Assembly (NCBI GenBank): GCA_965208675.1
Contig: OZ242351.1
Coordinates: forward strand, 1,504,001-1,568,000
Direction of reading: 5' to 3'
Source: Candidatus Poribacteria bacterium
GTDB taxonomy: Bacteria; Poribacteria; WGA-4E; PCPOR2b
Length of the DNA: 64,000 bases
Made by a program: the position numbers and the translations under genes. Position 1 is the stretch's first letter. Every line of letters begins with the position of its first letter. The notes below the pieces were generated by a model. It worked only from the letters and a program-made list of their open reading frames with translations, ran no database searches and had not been told where the DNA came from. Shown here in pieces: positions 1 through 10,250 of the stretch.

Positions 1-2148
1 ACTCCAAACTTTAAGATTATCGTAATAAATTTCGGCTGGGGAATACCCGTAGATTCCCGGACTTCCTTCACGATTTGGCAGCGGATCTTCTACCGTAATC
101 GTCCAAGATTCAGGTTCCAGTTCGCCGGTTCGCCATACCTTCCCTTTTACAAATGCTTTATTATCGACAATGTCCACTTTCAACTTCATAGTATACCAGA
201 TGTACGGTTCCCATTTGTAATCGATATGCTTCGCCATTCTAAGGTCTGAAGCCCATGAGCGGATTTGCAACCGCTGGTGGTTGCCCATGAGATCAAGGGT
301 GTACCGGTTGGCGATTAGCCCCATGTCCGGCAGGTTGCGTTTAGGCTTGGTTCCCATCGCGTCGATTTGAACGGTGTAGCCTGCCATGGTGGGAAGGCCA
401 ATATAGACATTGGACCGGTTCAACCCGCGCTTGACAGGAGACTTTACTAGGACTTTGTTCCCATCTTTGGAGCGGACAACATATTTAGAGCCTGCCCCAA
501 CCCAATGCGGCGGGTTTTTCCCATCCTTAATCGACTCAAAATTTTCCGCCCAGGGTAATTCGGGAACGACTCGGACACGTGCAGCATCTTGTAAATTTCC
601 GACTCGCGCCGACACGGTTCCGGCCTGGCCGCCCCCGTTATCATTGAGGGTTAGGACACCGTTGGAACCAATTGTGCCTATCAATCCGTTGAGTGACCAT
701 TCCGCCGCCTCTGCGGCATAATATTTTCCGCTATCGTCGAAGGCGCGAACCGTGAACTGAACTGTTTTTCCCGGTTGGCTCAATACGTCTGCAGGGACGA
801 TTTTGATTGAATTGACCGCTTTCGCACCGAGACAGTAAAGCCCTTCCTCCGTTGTGAAATAGATGCGGCCGTTGGCAATCGCTGGCGATCCATAGATTTC
901 TGCGTAATGCCCCGGCTCTCTTTCAATCTGCTTTGTGTCGAGGGATTGGCAGGCATCTCCGCTTGGACGCAGAATATGAAAGTGTCCGTTCACCTCGGTA
1001 ACATATATCTTCCCGTCCGCCCAAACGGGCGAACCTTTGCCAACGGTGCCAAGGCTGTGTTGCCAGTGTACGGCACCAGTTTCGGCGTCAAGGCTATGCA
1101 AATTCGCCGAATTGTCCACGACATAAAGCCTCCCATCGTGTATTGCCGGAGAGGTATAACCGACCTGACACTCGTCAAAACGCCAGATTTCATGCGTTGC
1201 TGTAACATCCCCGGTGCCAGTGGCGTCAATGCAAACGACGCGCCCCATTGCCGTGCTGTCGACATTCTCTTCGCCCTGACATGCGTAGACTTTTGTGCCG
1301 TCTACCACGACTGAACTCTGGATGCCGCGTCTGCTCAATTTAAAGCCCCACACAGTCTCGCCAGTGCGGACGTCCATTGCATAGACAGATCCATCCGCGT
1401 TGCCCGCTATCAAGTGGAGTTGTCCTTTAATCGCCGCAACAACAGGTGTGGAGTAGGTAGTATCCAGCGGCCGGCCGCCTGGCGCCACCGCCCACACAAC
1501 ATCGCCTGTGTTCTTGTCAAAAGCGAAATAGCGGTGTCTCGGCACAACATGACTGCCCCAGCTTGTGTTGAGGAAGCTGATGATAACGAGATTGCCGGTC
1601 ACAACCGGAGTATGAATACGCCCGCCATAACCGGAAATCCGTCCGAATTCTTCGGTCAATGAACGTGACCAGACAATCTCACCGTTTCCAGTAAAACAGA
1701 GGAATATACCACTTATGGTATGGGCATAAATATTACCGGTATTCGTGTCGCCAGCCAAACTCGCCCAACCGAGGCGGTTAAACGGGATAGTGCTGTGAAA
1801 AACGTTGATTCGATGTTCCCAAAGCAGTTTCCCGGTTTCGGCGTCAAAGCAGGCGACTTGCTCTTGTTCGGTGATGTCCTGTCCGACTCGCCCGATAACA
1901 TACACTCTACCATTGAGGACAATCGGTGTGGAACGACCGATAAAATCGGCTTTCCACATCAGGTTTTCTCCGTCCTGAGACCAATTTGAGATGAGTCCCG
2001 TTTCGTGAGACACACCGTTTTGGTTTGGGCCGCGCCAACCTGGCCAGTTCCATTCAGCAGCCCAGGCATCAGTAGGAAATTGAGCTAAAATGCCCCCATG
2101 CAAAATGAGCAGCAGATACAGAAGAAAATATACGGTTCTACGAATCAT
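1..2148 (-). CDS. PQQ-binding-like beta-propeller protein (BamB-like repeats) with signal peptide and C-terminal beta-sandwich domain; 3' end runs off window
   Basis: Not in the ORF track because the stop is outside the window. My translation from ATG 2148 gives MIRRTVYFLLYLLLILHGG...WPGWRGP...GRSTPIV...FDAETGKLLWE...YSTPVV, and the same frame reads IYYDNLKVWS at position 1. Confidence 0.85.
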   Translation of the reverse strand, partial: MIRRTVYFLLYLLLILHGGILAQFPTDAWAAEWNWPGWRGPNQNGVSHETGLISNWSQDGENLMWKADFIGRSTPIVLNGRVYVIGRVGQDITEQEQVACFDAETGKLLWEHRINVFHSTIPFNRLGWASLAGDTNTGNIYAHTISGIFLCFTGNGEIVWSRSLTEEFGRISGYGGRIHTPVVTGNLVIISFLNTSWGSHVVPRHRYFAFDKNTGDVVWAVAPGGRPLDTTYSTPVVAAIKGQLHLIAGNADGSVYAMDVRTGETVWGFKLSRRGIQSSVVVDGTKVYACQGEENVDSTAMGRVVCIDATGTGDVTATHEIWRFDECQVGYTSPAIHDGRLYVVDNSANLHSLDAETGAVHWQHSLGTVGKGSPVWADGKIYVTEVNGHFHILRPSGDACQSLDTKQIEREPGHYAEIYGSPAIANGRIYFTTEEGLYCLGAKAVNSIKIVPADVLSQPGKTVQFTVRAFDDSGKYYAAEAAEWSLNGLIGTIGSNGVLTLNDNGGGQAGTVSARVGNLQDAARVRVVPELPWAENFESIKDGKNPPHWVGAGSKYVVRSKDGNKVLVKSPVKRGLNRSNVYIGLPTMAGYTVQIDAMGTKPKRNLPDMGLIANRYTLDLMGNHQRLQIRSWASDLRMAKHIDYKWEPYIWYTMKLKVDIVDNKAFVKGKVWRTGELEPESWTITVEDPLPNREGSPGIYGYSPAEIYYDNLKVWS

Positions 2149-2171
2149 CTTATAACACATTTACAACCCCG

Positions 2172-3248
2172 TTACGGTTTATCAATCGTCACGATTTCTC
2201 CGGTCTTGATAGATTCTGTTTCTTTATGGCAGAGTAGGAGGGCGTCTCTAGCACTAACCCCTGAAAGAATTGCGGATTCACAGCCTTCGACGATTGCGTC
2301 AACTGCAGACTGTATCTCTTGGGTAAAAGCATCAACGGGATCTGTTTCGCCGAGATCGACGCTGTGAACGTTTCCATCGTCACTCAACAGGGTCAACGGC
2401 GTCGAGGTGACCGGCTCCCCGCCAAGCGTGGCAAACTCATACAGCAGCGTCGCATTTTCCAGATAAAGCTCAAAGCCGTGTGAGAAGGCACGCCCCTCCT
2501 GAGATACTGCGCCCGATGAGCAACTGATCGCAAGCGCTCTGTCGTCGTATATGTATTGGGTTGTGAGGTATTGGGCAAAGCCGCCCCCGGCAAGCGTGCC
2601 TTGTGAGAACACTGCGTCGGGCGTCCCGCAAAGCAGTTGAATATAATGGGTGTCGTGAATGTGAAGGTCTATACCGGGACCGCCGCTCTTTTCTAAATCT
2701 ACAAAATCATCAGACCAGTTCGGCTCGGAAATGACGCGTTTGAAATGTCCGCCAATCAGATTCCCGTGTTCGCCGCTTTCAACGATGTCTTTTGCGTATG
2801 CGAACTCCGCGAAGAATGGCAGGATATGCGCTACCATGAAGCACCGCCCACTGCGTTCTGCAATCTGAACCATTTCGTTAGCATCGTCAAGCCTAACGGA
2901 GATAGGTTTTTCGACAAGCACGTGCTTTCCGGCTTCCAACGCGGCGATACTTACGGCTTTATGCAGATGGGTTGGCAGGCAGACGTCAATTAAATCAACG
3001 TCCGGATCAGCCAAGAGATTGTCAATCGCATCATACTTGCGTATGGGCGAGAGGTCCTCAAAACCGCCGCGGGGTCCAAAGTTCCCCTGTATACCGGTCC
3101 AATCCCCTTCGCGTTTTTTCTGGTCTCGTGTGCAGATTGCGACGACTTCACCGCCCGAGACTTTTTTGGATGCGTAATAGTGAATGGATCCCATAAAGCC
3201 GATGCCAACAATCCCGATTTTTACCACTGCATTTCCCTCACGCTTCAA
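2172..3248 (-). CDS. Gfo/Idh/MocA family oxidoreductase
   Basis: GIVGIGFMG Rossmann motif, HVLVEKP, DLHIHD. Confidence 0.92.
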   Translation of the reverse strand: MKREGNAVVKIGIVGIGFMGSIHYYASKKVSGGEVVAICTRDQKKREGDWTGIQGNFGPRGGFEDLSPIRKYDAIDNLLADPDVDLIDVCLPTHLHKAVSIAALEAGKHVLVEKPISVRLDDANEMVQIAERSGRCFMVAHILPFFAEFAYAKDIVESGEHGNLIGGHFKRVISEPNWSDDFVDLEKSGGPGIDLHIHDTHYIQLLCGTPDAVFSQGTLAGGGFAQYLTTQYIYDDRALAISCSSGAVSQEGRAFSHGFELYLENATLLYEFATLGGEPVTSTPLTLLSDDGNVHSVDLGETDPVDAFTQEIQSAVDAIVEGCESAILSGVSARDALLLCHKETESIKTGEIVTIDKP

Positions 3249-3267
3249 ATCATGCGGCTCGTTTATT

Positions 3268-4050
3268 TTACCGCAAAACCTTCACGCACTCCTCATGAAT
3301 TTTTCCATTTGTGGCAAGGAACGGCATTGGTTCGCCGCGATAGGCGGACGCATCGGGTGCCAATGGGAAACACAATTCACCGGATGGGTGCGTCATAACA
3401 CCGCCCGCCTCTTCCAAAATGACCGTTGGCGCTGCGATATCCCAGAGTTTGGTGTTGGTATCGAAACTGCCATCAAAGTCGCCTGCCGCAACGGCACAGA
3501 TATGAAGCGCCGCCGATCCAAGGCTTCTGCCCTTAAAGGGCTTTTGCACAAAGCCGTTAGGCGAAGCGATGACATCTGACGAATAACCAAACAGACCGAT
3601 CGCGTCTAATTTTTCGCGGTTATTGACATGAATTGGGACTCCATTCAGGGTTGCGCCGTTGTTTTTTGCCGCGCTATACATGCGATCCGCAGTCGGGTCA
3701 AATACAACACCAAGCATCGGAACCCCTTTCTGCAAGAGCGCAATAACGACCGCGAAGATTGGGAAACTTGCGGCGTAATTGGTGGTGCCGTCCAGCGGAT
3801 CTGTCACCCAACAGTTGTCGGATTTCGCCGACGACATGCCAAATTCCTCACCGTATACGGCGTGATTCGGGAATTCAGATTGGAGCCGTTCAGCAATCAA
3901 TATCTCCGATGCTTTATCGGCTTCGGTAACGATATCGCCGATGCCTTTGTAAGTAATCCGGCGAATCTTACCGAAGTATTCCATCAGGACGCTGCCCGCT
4001 TCACGGGCAATGTCTTCGACAGTTGGTAAAACCACCGCCGGCTCATTCAT
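3268..4050 (-). CDS. suhB: Inositol monophosphatase family protein
   Basis: DIVTEAD, GEE, WVTDPLDGTTNY, GSAAL, WDIAA motifs. Confidence 0.9.
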   Translation of the reverse strand: MNEPAVVLPTVEDIAREAGSVLMEYFGKIRRITYKGIGDIVTEADKASEILIAERLQSEFPNHAVYGEEFGMSSAKSDNCWVTDPLDGTTNYAASFPIFAVVIALLQKGVPMLGVVFDPTADRMYSAAKNNGATLNGVPIHVNNREKLDAIGLFGYSSDVIASPNGFVQKPFKGRSLGSAALHICAVAAGDFDGSFDTNTKLWDIAAPTVILEEAGGVMTHPSGELCFPLAPDASAYRGEPMPFLATNGKIHEECVKVLR

Positions 4051-4173
4051 TTCGTCTGTTGTTCCTTCCAGTTGCGGTTCGCAGTCTTCATTGCATCGCC
4101 CACCTCATCGCTACCCAAAGTGTAAAAAATTGCACTTCGGACGGTAGGATTTCAAATTTCTCAAGCAATTCAT

Positions 4174-4233
4174 AAAAAACGGGTTAAGGAGGAGATAGGC
4201 TAATCCCACCAACCATTCTGCTCCTCAACCCGT
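4174..4233 (-). terminator. Possible intrinsic terminator downstream of the TPR gene
   Basis: Inverted repeat ACGGGTTAAGGAG...CTCCTCAACCCGT with a large loop, followed by a T-run on the minus strand. Confidence 0.4.
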
Positions 4234-4283
4234 AACCATAAACTTTCGAAGTTAGTGAATGAGAACCGTGCCAAGTCAAAACC

Positions 4284-6233
4284 TCATTCCGACTTTTGAT
4301 TTGTGGTTTCTGTTTCATTAATCTTCATTTTCAATTCGTTCAGCCTGCGTCGGACTTCCTGATTGTACCGGTTGATTTCCAGAAACTCTTCCCATAGCGC
4401 AAGAGCCTCATCCGCATAACCTTGAGAGATGTAATACTCGCCTAAAGCAATATGGGCTACATCGGCATGGGGATCTTTTTCGATTGATTCCTTAAAAGCT
4501 GCCACTGCAGCGTCAGCCTCTCCTTCGAGCAGAGCAAGCTGCCCCCGCCCGTAGGCAATTAATGCGTGTTCGGGATATTCGGCTGCAAGTGTATCAATTG
4601 ATTCCTTAGCCCTATCAGCCATGCCATCCTTGTGAGCCGCCATTGCTGCATGAATTTTGGCATCAATTATTTGAACGTCAAGCTGGTGTAGTTCCGTATT
4701 ACTCTCTGTATTTTGCTTCTGCCGTGCGGCGATCCGCGCGGCGGCTTCGTATTTGGTTTTCGCCCGTGTGTAGTTTCCATATTTATAGCAGACATCTCCA
4801 AGCTCCTTCTCGCCGAGGTAAGTGTTGCCTTTTGCATCAACAAGATCCTGGAAAATTCCCGCCCGCTTACTCTGATTTAACTGATAGTAAAGCACCTCGG
4901 CAAGGCTCTGCAGTGCATCGGTGGAATCCGTTTTCGCTGCGACAGCGCGTTCAAAAGACTCCATGGCTTTATGAGGGTCGCCCATTTTTTTGAATGCGAG
5001 TCCCATCCTCCAGTAAATCTCTGAATCCCTGAACTGATTGAAGCCGACGACGGTTTGGTATGTCTCGATGGCTTTTTCGTATTCATCATTGGCATACTGA
5101 TTCTCACCGGTTTTTATTATGGCTTCAATAACTTCTCGATTGCTCCTTACCGCCTTGTTTAATACTTCTTGAGCGCGCTGATGCATTCCAAGTTTGCGGT
5201 AGCAGATTGATAAGCTGAGATAACTATATGGACTAATTTTCGCTTCGGCTGCATTTGCGAGTTGGATTGCACGGAAGTACAGTGCCCCGGCGTCCCGATA
5301 ACCTTCGTCCTGAAAAAGCATGTTGGCAACCATTAGCATTGCATCATAATAAGTACCTTGTCCGTCCATTGAAAATTGAAAACTTCTCATAATTTTTTCA
5401 CCGCTGACGCCAAATCCGGAGTTTGCCTCTGGTGCGGCGCCCATCGCCCGGCTGCGTTCAGCACCCGGCGGACGGTCGCGTTCCAGGCGTTTCTCCCGCC
5501 TAGCGAGACTCCGTCCGGCTTGCGATGCTAATGGATCTTCAGGTTTTGGGATAGTCGCACCCATCAATTTTAATTCTCGTTTGGCTTCGCTAATGGACGC
5601 ATCAGTGCCTTCGACCTTGCCATACTTTTTCACAAGGGATTGATATGTTCGTTTGGCTTCCGAGCTATCCTTGAGCTGGTCTTTCTGGATCTGACCTTTC
5701 CTCACGAGTGCTTGCGCCGCACGGTCACTCTTAGGGTATCGGTTGGCGAAGTTGCCATAGATTTCCGCGGCTTGCTCATAGTTTTTGGCTTCCTCATAAC
5801 TCTTTGCCAACAGCAGTTGAGCGTTACTACTCAACTCATGTTCCGAAAAATTGTTTATGATTGTGTCGAAGAATCCCCTCGCGGATTCATATTCCTTAGA
5901 TTTCAAATAGTGGACTCCAAGCCGATAGTTCGCTGACGCAGCCTCATCGCTGTCGGGCGCCGCAGCGATTATTGCCTGGTACGTTTCCACACCTCTCTCA
6001 GGCTGGTTCATCGTTTCAATATAAAGCTTGCCTACGGCCAATTGCGCCTGCCGAGCGATTGGCGTGCCCGGATTAGACGCGACCAGCGCTTCGGCTACTT
6101 CAATGGCGCCGTGATAATCTTTCTCATCAATCAGCTTCTCAACTTCCCCGGTGCCCTTGCCGGAAATACAGCTATATTGGGCAAGAACCATCACAGTTGC
6201 TAATACGAATGCGCAAAATCTGCTATATTTCAT
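4284..6233 (-). CDS. Tetratricopeptide-repeat lipoprotein (BamD/CpoB-like N-terminal repeats)
   Basis: Signal peptide ending QYSC (lipobox-like), many TPR repeats. Confidence 0.88.
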   Translation of the reverse strand: MKYSRFCAFVLATVMVLAQYSCISGKGTGEVEKLIDEKDYHGAIEVAEALVASNPGTPIARQAQLAVGKLYIETMNQPERGVETYQAIIAAAPDSDEAASANYRLGVHYLKSKEYESARGFFDTIINNFSEHELSSNAQLLLAKSYEEAKNYEQAAEIYGNFANRYPKSDRAAQALVRKGQIQKDQLKDSSEAKRTYQSLVKKYGKVEGTDASISEAKRELKLMGATIPKPEDPLASQAGRSLARREKRLERDRPPGAERSRAMGAAPEANSGFGVSGEKIMRSFQFSMDGQGTYYDAMLMVANMLFQDEGYRDAGALYFRAIQLANAAEAKISPYSYLSLSICYRKLGMHQRAQEVLNKAVRSNREVIEAIIKTGENQYANDEYEKAIETYQTVVGFNQFRDSEIYWRMGLAFKKMGDPHKAMESFERAVAAKTDSTDALQSLAEVLYYQLNQSKRAGIFQDLVDAKGNTYLGEKELGDVCYKYGNYTRAKTKYEAAARIAARQKQNTESNTELHQLDVQIIDAKIHAAMAAHKDGMADRAKESIDTLAAEYPEHALIAYGRGQLALLEGEADAAVAAFKESIEKDPHADVAHIALGEYYISQGYADEALALWEEFLEINRYNQEVRRRLNELKMKINETETTNQKSE

Positions 6234-6341
6234 TGTTCGTCCTCCTCATCTTGTAATCCTTCGATAAAGTTTTTGGGCAGACCTGTCGGTTTTCAGATTT
6301 TCAACTGAATAGCAGTTATGAATTCAATGGTGTCCATGTGT

Positions 6342-7475
6342 TTAATACATATTGCTTAGTGCGCTCGCTTCAATGAGGTCATGCAGAAATTTACGGCTGT
6401 AGCCTTCATTTTCAATCAGGGCATCGCAATCCACGGTATTCCATTCGTAGGGACCCATGCCTGTCTCCAGAATCGAATTGGTGAGCCAACTTGTGCGAAT
6501 CCCGTTAATACCCGAGGTGTAGTTTGTATCGTATTGACCTTTAGCCAAGCCAACAATCTGATCAACCTTGCAATGGGGATATCCCTCTGGACGCTGATAT
6601 GTTAGTGGCTGCGGCTCGCCGCCCTTTGGGATAAAGCGGATGCCGTCTTTAATCTCAAGAACTCCCTCGCTGCCTTCAAGGATTATCCATTCCTTGAAGC
6701 CAATTTGGGTATTGCCAACGATTGTAATTTTTCCGCTCGACCCATCCTCCATTGTGACGTCTGAGTATGAATTTACTTCGACAGCTTTCATTGAGACATT
6801 CCCATCTTTGTCTTCACTCTTTTTGTCCGTTGTACCGTGCACTTGCATTGGCAATAAGCCTGTCATCCAGAGGAAAATATCCTGCATATGGCTTCCGGAG
6901 TCATTCGGCTGCCCTCCGCCGGAGAAACGCGCATCCCCCCGCCATCCGCTGCCGGGCCAATGTTGCGCTAAGTAGACATCAAATTTTTCCAGTTTGCCGA
7001 TTATGCCGTCCGAACACGCCTTTCTGCCAGTCACATAGATATCTTCATAATGCCGTTGATATCCGACGACGAGATGCAAACCCCGCCCCATGGCAATCTT
7101 GGTCATTGTAATTGCATCTCCAACAATGTTCGCCATCGGTTTTTCCACGATTACGTGACACCCGGCGCGTAAAGCAAATTTGGAATGGATATCGTGCAAC
7201 GAGTGGGGCGAGAAAACGCCGACAATATCGAGATCCTCTTTGTCCAGCATCTCAATGAATTCATATTCGCCGACGTAACGTTTGAAACTATTTTCTTTGT
7301 AGTTTTCAACGTGTTCGCGGAGGGCATTTTCCAGAGTGTCAATACTTCGTTCACTGTTGTCAGCTACCGCGGCAATCTCAACATCCTCCCGCGCAGCAAA
7401 CGCTAACGTGTTTCCGCGCCCAGCTCCACCGGGACCTATCACACCGACTCTAACGATGCTGTTCTTACTCGCCAT
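6342..7475 (-). CDS. Gfo/Idh/MocA family oxidoreductase
   Basis: GVIGPGGAG, HVIVEKPMA, GYQRHY, DSGSH. Confidence 0.92.
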   Translation of the reverse strand: MASKNSIVRVGVIGPGGAGRGNTLAFAAREDVEIAAVADNSERSIDTLENALREHVENYKENSFKRYVGEYEFIEMLDKEDLDIVGVFSPHSLHDIHSKFALRAGCHVIVEKPMANIVGDAITMTKIAMGRGLHLVVGYQRHYEDIYVTGRKACSDGIIGKLEKFDVYLAQHWPGSGWRGDARFSGGGQPNDSGSHMQDIFLWMTGLLPMQVHGTTDKKSEDKDGNVSMKAVEVNSYSDVTMEDGSSGKITIVGNTQIGFKEWIILEGSEGVLEIKDGIRFIPKGGEPQPLTYQRPEGYPHCKVDQIVGLAKGQYDTNYTSGINGIRTSWLTNSILETGMGPYEWNTVDCDALIENEGYSRKFLHDLIEASALSNMY

Positions 7476-7592
7476 AACAAGAATGGCTCCTATCCTTATG
7501 AAGAATGGTTAACTTAGACTTCGATATTCCCGCCGTGAATGCGGCAGCGTTGACGGTTTGGGATTCTATTGTTGCGAAAGGTTAGTTTTCGC

Positions 7593-8468
7593 TTAGACGC
7601 CTAATTGTCTGAGAACATCCTTCGTCGAAACCATATGTTTGGCGACCCCTAGTTCCTTTGGCGCCAAACCGAGCGCGAGGCCAATCATCTGCGGAAGGTG
7701 GAAAACTGGCACATCGAGCTTGCGTCCGACCACCTTGCTGACGGAAGGCTGTTGGAGGTCGAGATTCATGTGGCAGAGCGGACAAGGCGTCACCATGCAG
7801 TCGGCGCCTTTGTCCTTCGCCTCGCCAATGTGCTTTCCCGCCATTTTGAACGCGGCTTCCTCGTTCTCCAAGTTTATGGGGAACCCGCAGCATCGCGTTT
7901 TCCCGTAGTAATCCACAGGCGTTGCACCCACCGCTTCAATCACGCGTTCCAATGAGGTTGGATTGTCCGGGTTGTCAATTCCCATAACATCCGCAGGCCG
8001 AAGGATGTAACAGCCGTAGAACGGTGCGACGCGCAAACCTGTTAACGGCTGTTTAACCATGCTGCGTAAATTTTCTGTACCGACCTCCTTGATTAGGACG
8101 TACAGAAGGTGCGTTACATCCACACTCCCGTGATATTCGTGCCCACCATTTTTGAGAACTTCGTTGACTTCTGCACGATAGCCTTCATCCTCGGACAGCT
8201 TTTTATTGCTTTTGCGCAGACAGCCGATACATGTCGAACAGACCGTCATTAGCGGCAAGTCTAACTCCTCGGCGAGCGCAAGGGTCTTGGCATTGTACGT
8301 ATCGGCTAGCACCGGATTCTGTGCTTGCAGGACTCCCGCGCCACTGCAAGGCGCACCGGTAAGTTCAATCAACTCTATGCCAAGCAGAGGCGCAATCTTA
8401 TGGGTGGACTGGTTCAGTTCAGGACAGTTTCCCTTGGCAACACATCCGGGAAAGTAGGCAACTCTCAT
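7593..8468 (-). CDS. CCG-domain protein (HdrB/SdhE-like Fe-S membrane anchor)
   Basis: YFPGC, CSG, CSTC, CCG, TPCPLC motifs (two CCG domains); located in the sdh cluster. Confidence 0.9.
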   Translation of the reverse strand: MRVAYFPGCVAKGNCPELNQSTHKIAPLLGIELIELTGAPCSGAGVLQAQNPVLADTYNAKTLALAEELDLPLMTVCSTCIGCLRKSNKKLSEDEGYRAEVNEVLKNGGHEYHGSVDVTHLLYVLIKEVGTENLRSMVKQPLTGLRVAPFYGCYILRPADVMGIDNPDNPTSLERVIEAVGATPVDYYGKTRCCGFPINLENEEAAFKMAGKHIGEAKDKGADCMVTPCPLCHMNLDLQQPSVSKVVGRKLDVPVFHLPQMIGLALGLAPKELGVAKHMVSTKDVLRQLGV

Positions 8469-8597
8469 TCACTCCTCCTGTATCAATTCTGAAGGGTCAT
8501 AATTTGGTGCATGTTCCATTCTCGCTAGCAGACAAGCGTTTAATCTCGGCGCCGCACCGGCATTTATTGGCTGCGTACGTTTAAATTGGTTGAAACA

Positions 8598-9347
8598 TTA
8601 ACTGACTATGGCTTTGAGGTATTCCCGCCTCATCGCGGCAATGTTTGAGATTGAAATCTCTTTAGGGCAGACGGCTTCGCATTCCGCATGGTTGGAACAA
8701 TCTCCGAATCCTTCATTGTCCATCTGTTCAACCATATTGAGCGCGCGCCGTTTTCTCTCCGGTTTTCCCTGCGATAACAGCGCGAATTGTGTAATTCTCG
8801 CCCCTACAAACAGCGACGCAGATGCGTTCGGACACGCTGCGACGCACGCCCCGCAACCGATACACACAGCGGCGTCCATTGCTTGGTCCGCATCATCTTT
8901 AGGTATCGGCAATGCATTTGCATCGGGCGCCTCACCGACGTTTACGGAGATATACCCCCCGGCACCCATGATTCTATCGAAAGCGCTGCGATCCACAACC
9001 AAATCTTTAATGACTGGAAACGCCGTCGCACGCCAAGGTTCGATGGTAATGGTATCGCCGTCGCTGTATTCACGCATGTGAACTTGGCAGGCGGCGGTTG
9101 CACGCCTCGGCCCGTGAGCCACGCCATTTATCACAAACCCGCACATACCGCAGATACCTTCGCGGCAGTCGTTGTCAAATTCAATCGCCTCTTCGCCTTT
9201 TTTGATGAGATCTTCATTCAGCAAATCAAGCATTTCAAGAAACGACATATCGGGGGAGGCATTACTGATAGTGTAAGGTACCATCTTACCCGCATTGCCA
9301 GCGTCTTTTTGCCGCCAAATGAGCAAATTTAACGTCATGTTTCTCAT
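8598..9347 (-). CDS. sdhB: Succinate dehydrogenase/fumarate reductase Fe-S subunit (second copy, cytochrome-b-anchored type)
   Basis: [33 protein letters not shown]. Confidence 0.93.
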   Translation of the reverse strand: MRNMTLNLLIWRQKDAGNAGKMVPYTISNASPDMSFLEMLDLLNEDLIKKGEEAIEFDNDCREGICGMCGFVINGVAHGPRRATAACQVHMREYSDGDTITIEPWRATAFPVIKDLVVDRSAFDRIMGAGGYISVNVGEAPDANALPIPKDDADQAMDAAVCIGCGACVAACPNASASLFVGARITQFALLSQGKPERKRRALNMVEQMDNEGFGDCSNHAECEAVCPKEISISNIAAMRREYLKAIVS

Positions 9348-9401
9348 TATAGTTATAATAGTTATATTTGATTATTCAGAAATTGGCGTTCACGCCATCA
9401 C

Positions 9402-10118
9402 TCAAGACGCAACGCCCCTAAAGTAAATTATTATCGGGAGCAATAAAAACCCAACCGCCATGGCGGCGGCAAAGACAATACCCACTGCGTAGATAAAAGG
9501 TGCATAGCGCGGGTAACCGATGCCGATAGATTGAAAAGCGCTCCAGAAACCGTGTCTAAGGTGCAAGCCAAGCAGCAGCATTACCGCAACGTATCCGATG
9601 ACAGTCCAAATGTTACTAAACTCCTCTTCCACTAATCTGTATATATCCCTAACCTCTTCGCCATGAATTTCTGTGAGGTGTGCGTCAACGTATTCTGCTT
9701 CGACGCCCGGACCGAACTTGAACATTTTGAGATGGATGATTACAAAGGCTAACAAAACTATCCCTGTAACGAGCATACTCACAGAACTCAAAGATTTTCG
9801 GCTCGGATGCCCTGCCCCGGCGGTTTTGAAATACCGCATGGCACGCGGGCGTGCCTCCGTTTTGCGTACTGCAACCGATATTCCCATGATGATATGGACC
9901 GCGAACACAGCGACGAGTCCAAGCTCAATAACGATGAGGACTTCACCGAGGCTGTGTAACCAATGCGCATATTGATTAAAAGGTCCGGCATTTTTGTGGA
10001 GAAGTAGGAGGTTGCCCGACAAGTGTTCAAGAATGAATACACATAATACTAAACCTGTAATACCTGTTAAGAACTTTTTGCCGACCGAAGACCAGACAAT
10101 TGAAGAAAATCGAGACAT
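9402..10118 (-). CDS. sdhC: Succinate dehydrogenase cytochrome b558 subunit
   Basis: SSVGKK..GITG, five TM helices with heme-ligand His (EHL, VHI, IHL, LHLRHG). Confidence 0.92.
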   Translation of the reverse strand: MSRFSSIVWSSVGKKFLTGITGLVLCVFILEHLSGNLLLLHKNAGPFNQYAHWLHSLGEVLIVIELGLVAVFAVHIIMGISVAVRKTEARPRAMRYFKTAGAGHPSRKSLSSVSMLVTGIVLLAFVIIHLKMFKFGPGVEAEYVDAHLTEIHGEEVRDIYRLVEEEFSNIWTVIGYVAVMLLLGLHLRHGFWSAFQSIGIGYPRYAPFIYAVGIVFAAAMAVGFLLLPIIIYFRGVAS

Positions 10119-10250
10119 AACTTTAAATCAATTCACAGTTCGAAATCGAAATTGTTTCATCATCTCGCACGTTGGGCTAATGCCGGGCGAAGTTCTGCAG
10201 TTATGGCGACACCGCTCTTCTCCCGAATAGGCTGATGCTCTGTGGTATCC

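Noticed and set aside
410-2367. Short ORFs in the track over 410-2367
   Set aside because: They are shadow frames of the long minus-strand PQQ-propeller gene (1-2148) and its neighbour.
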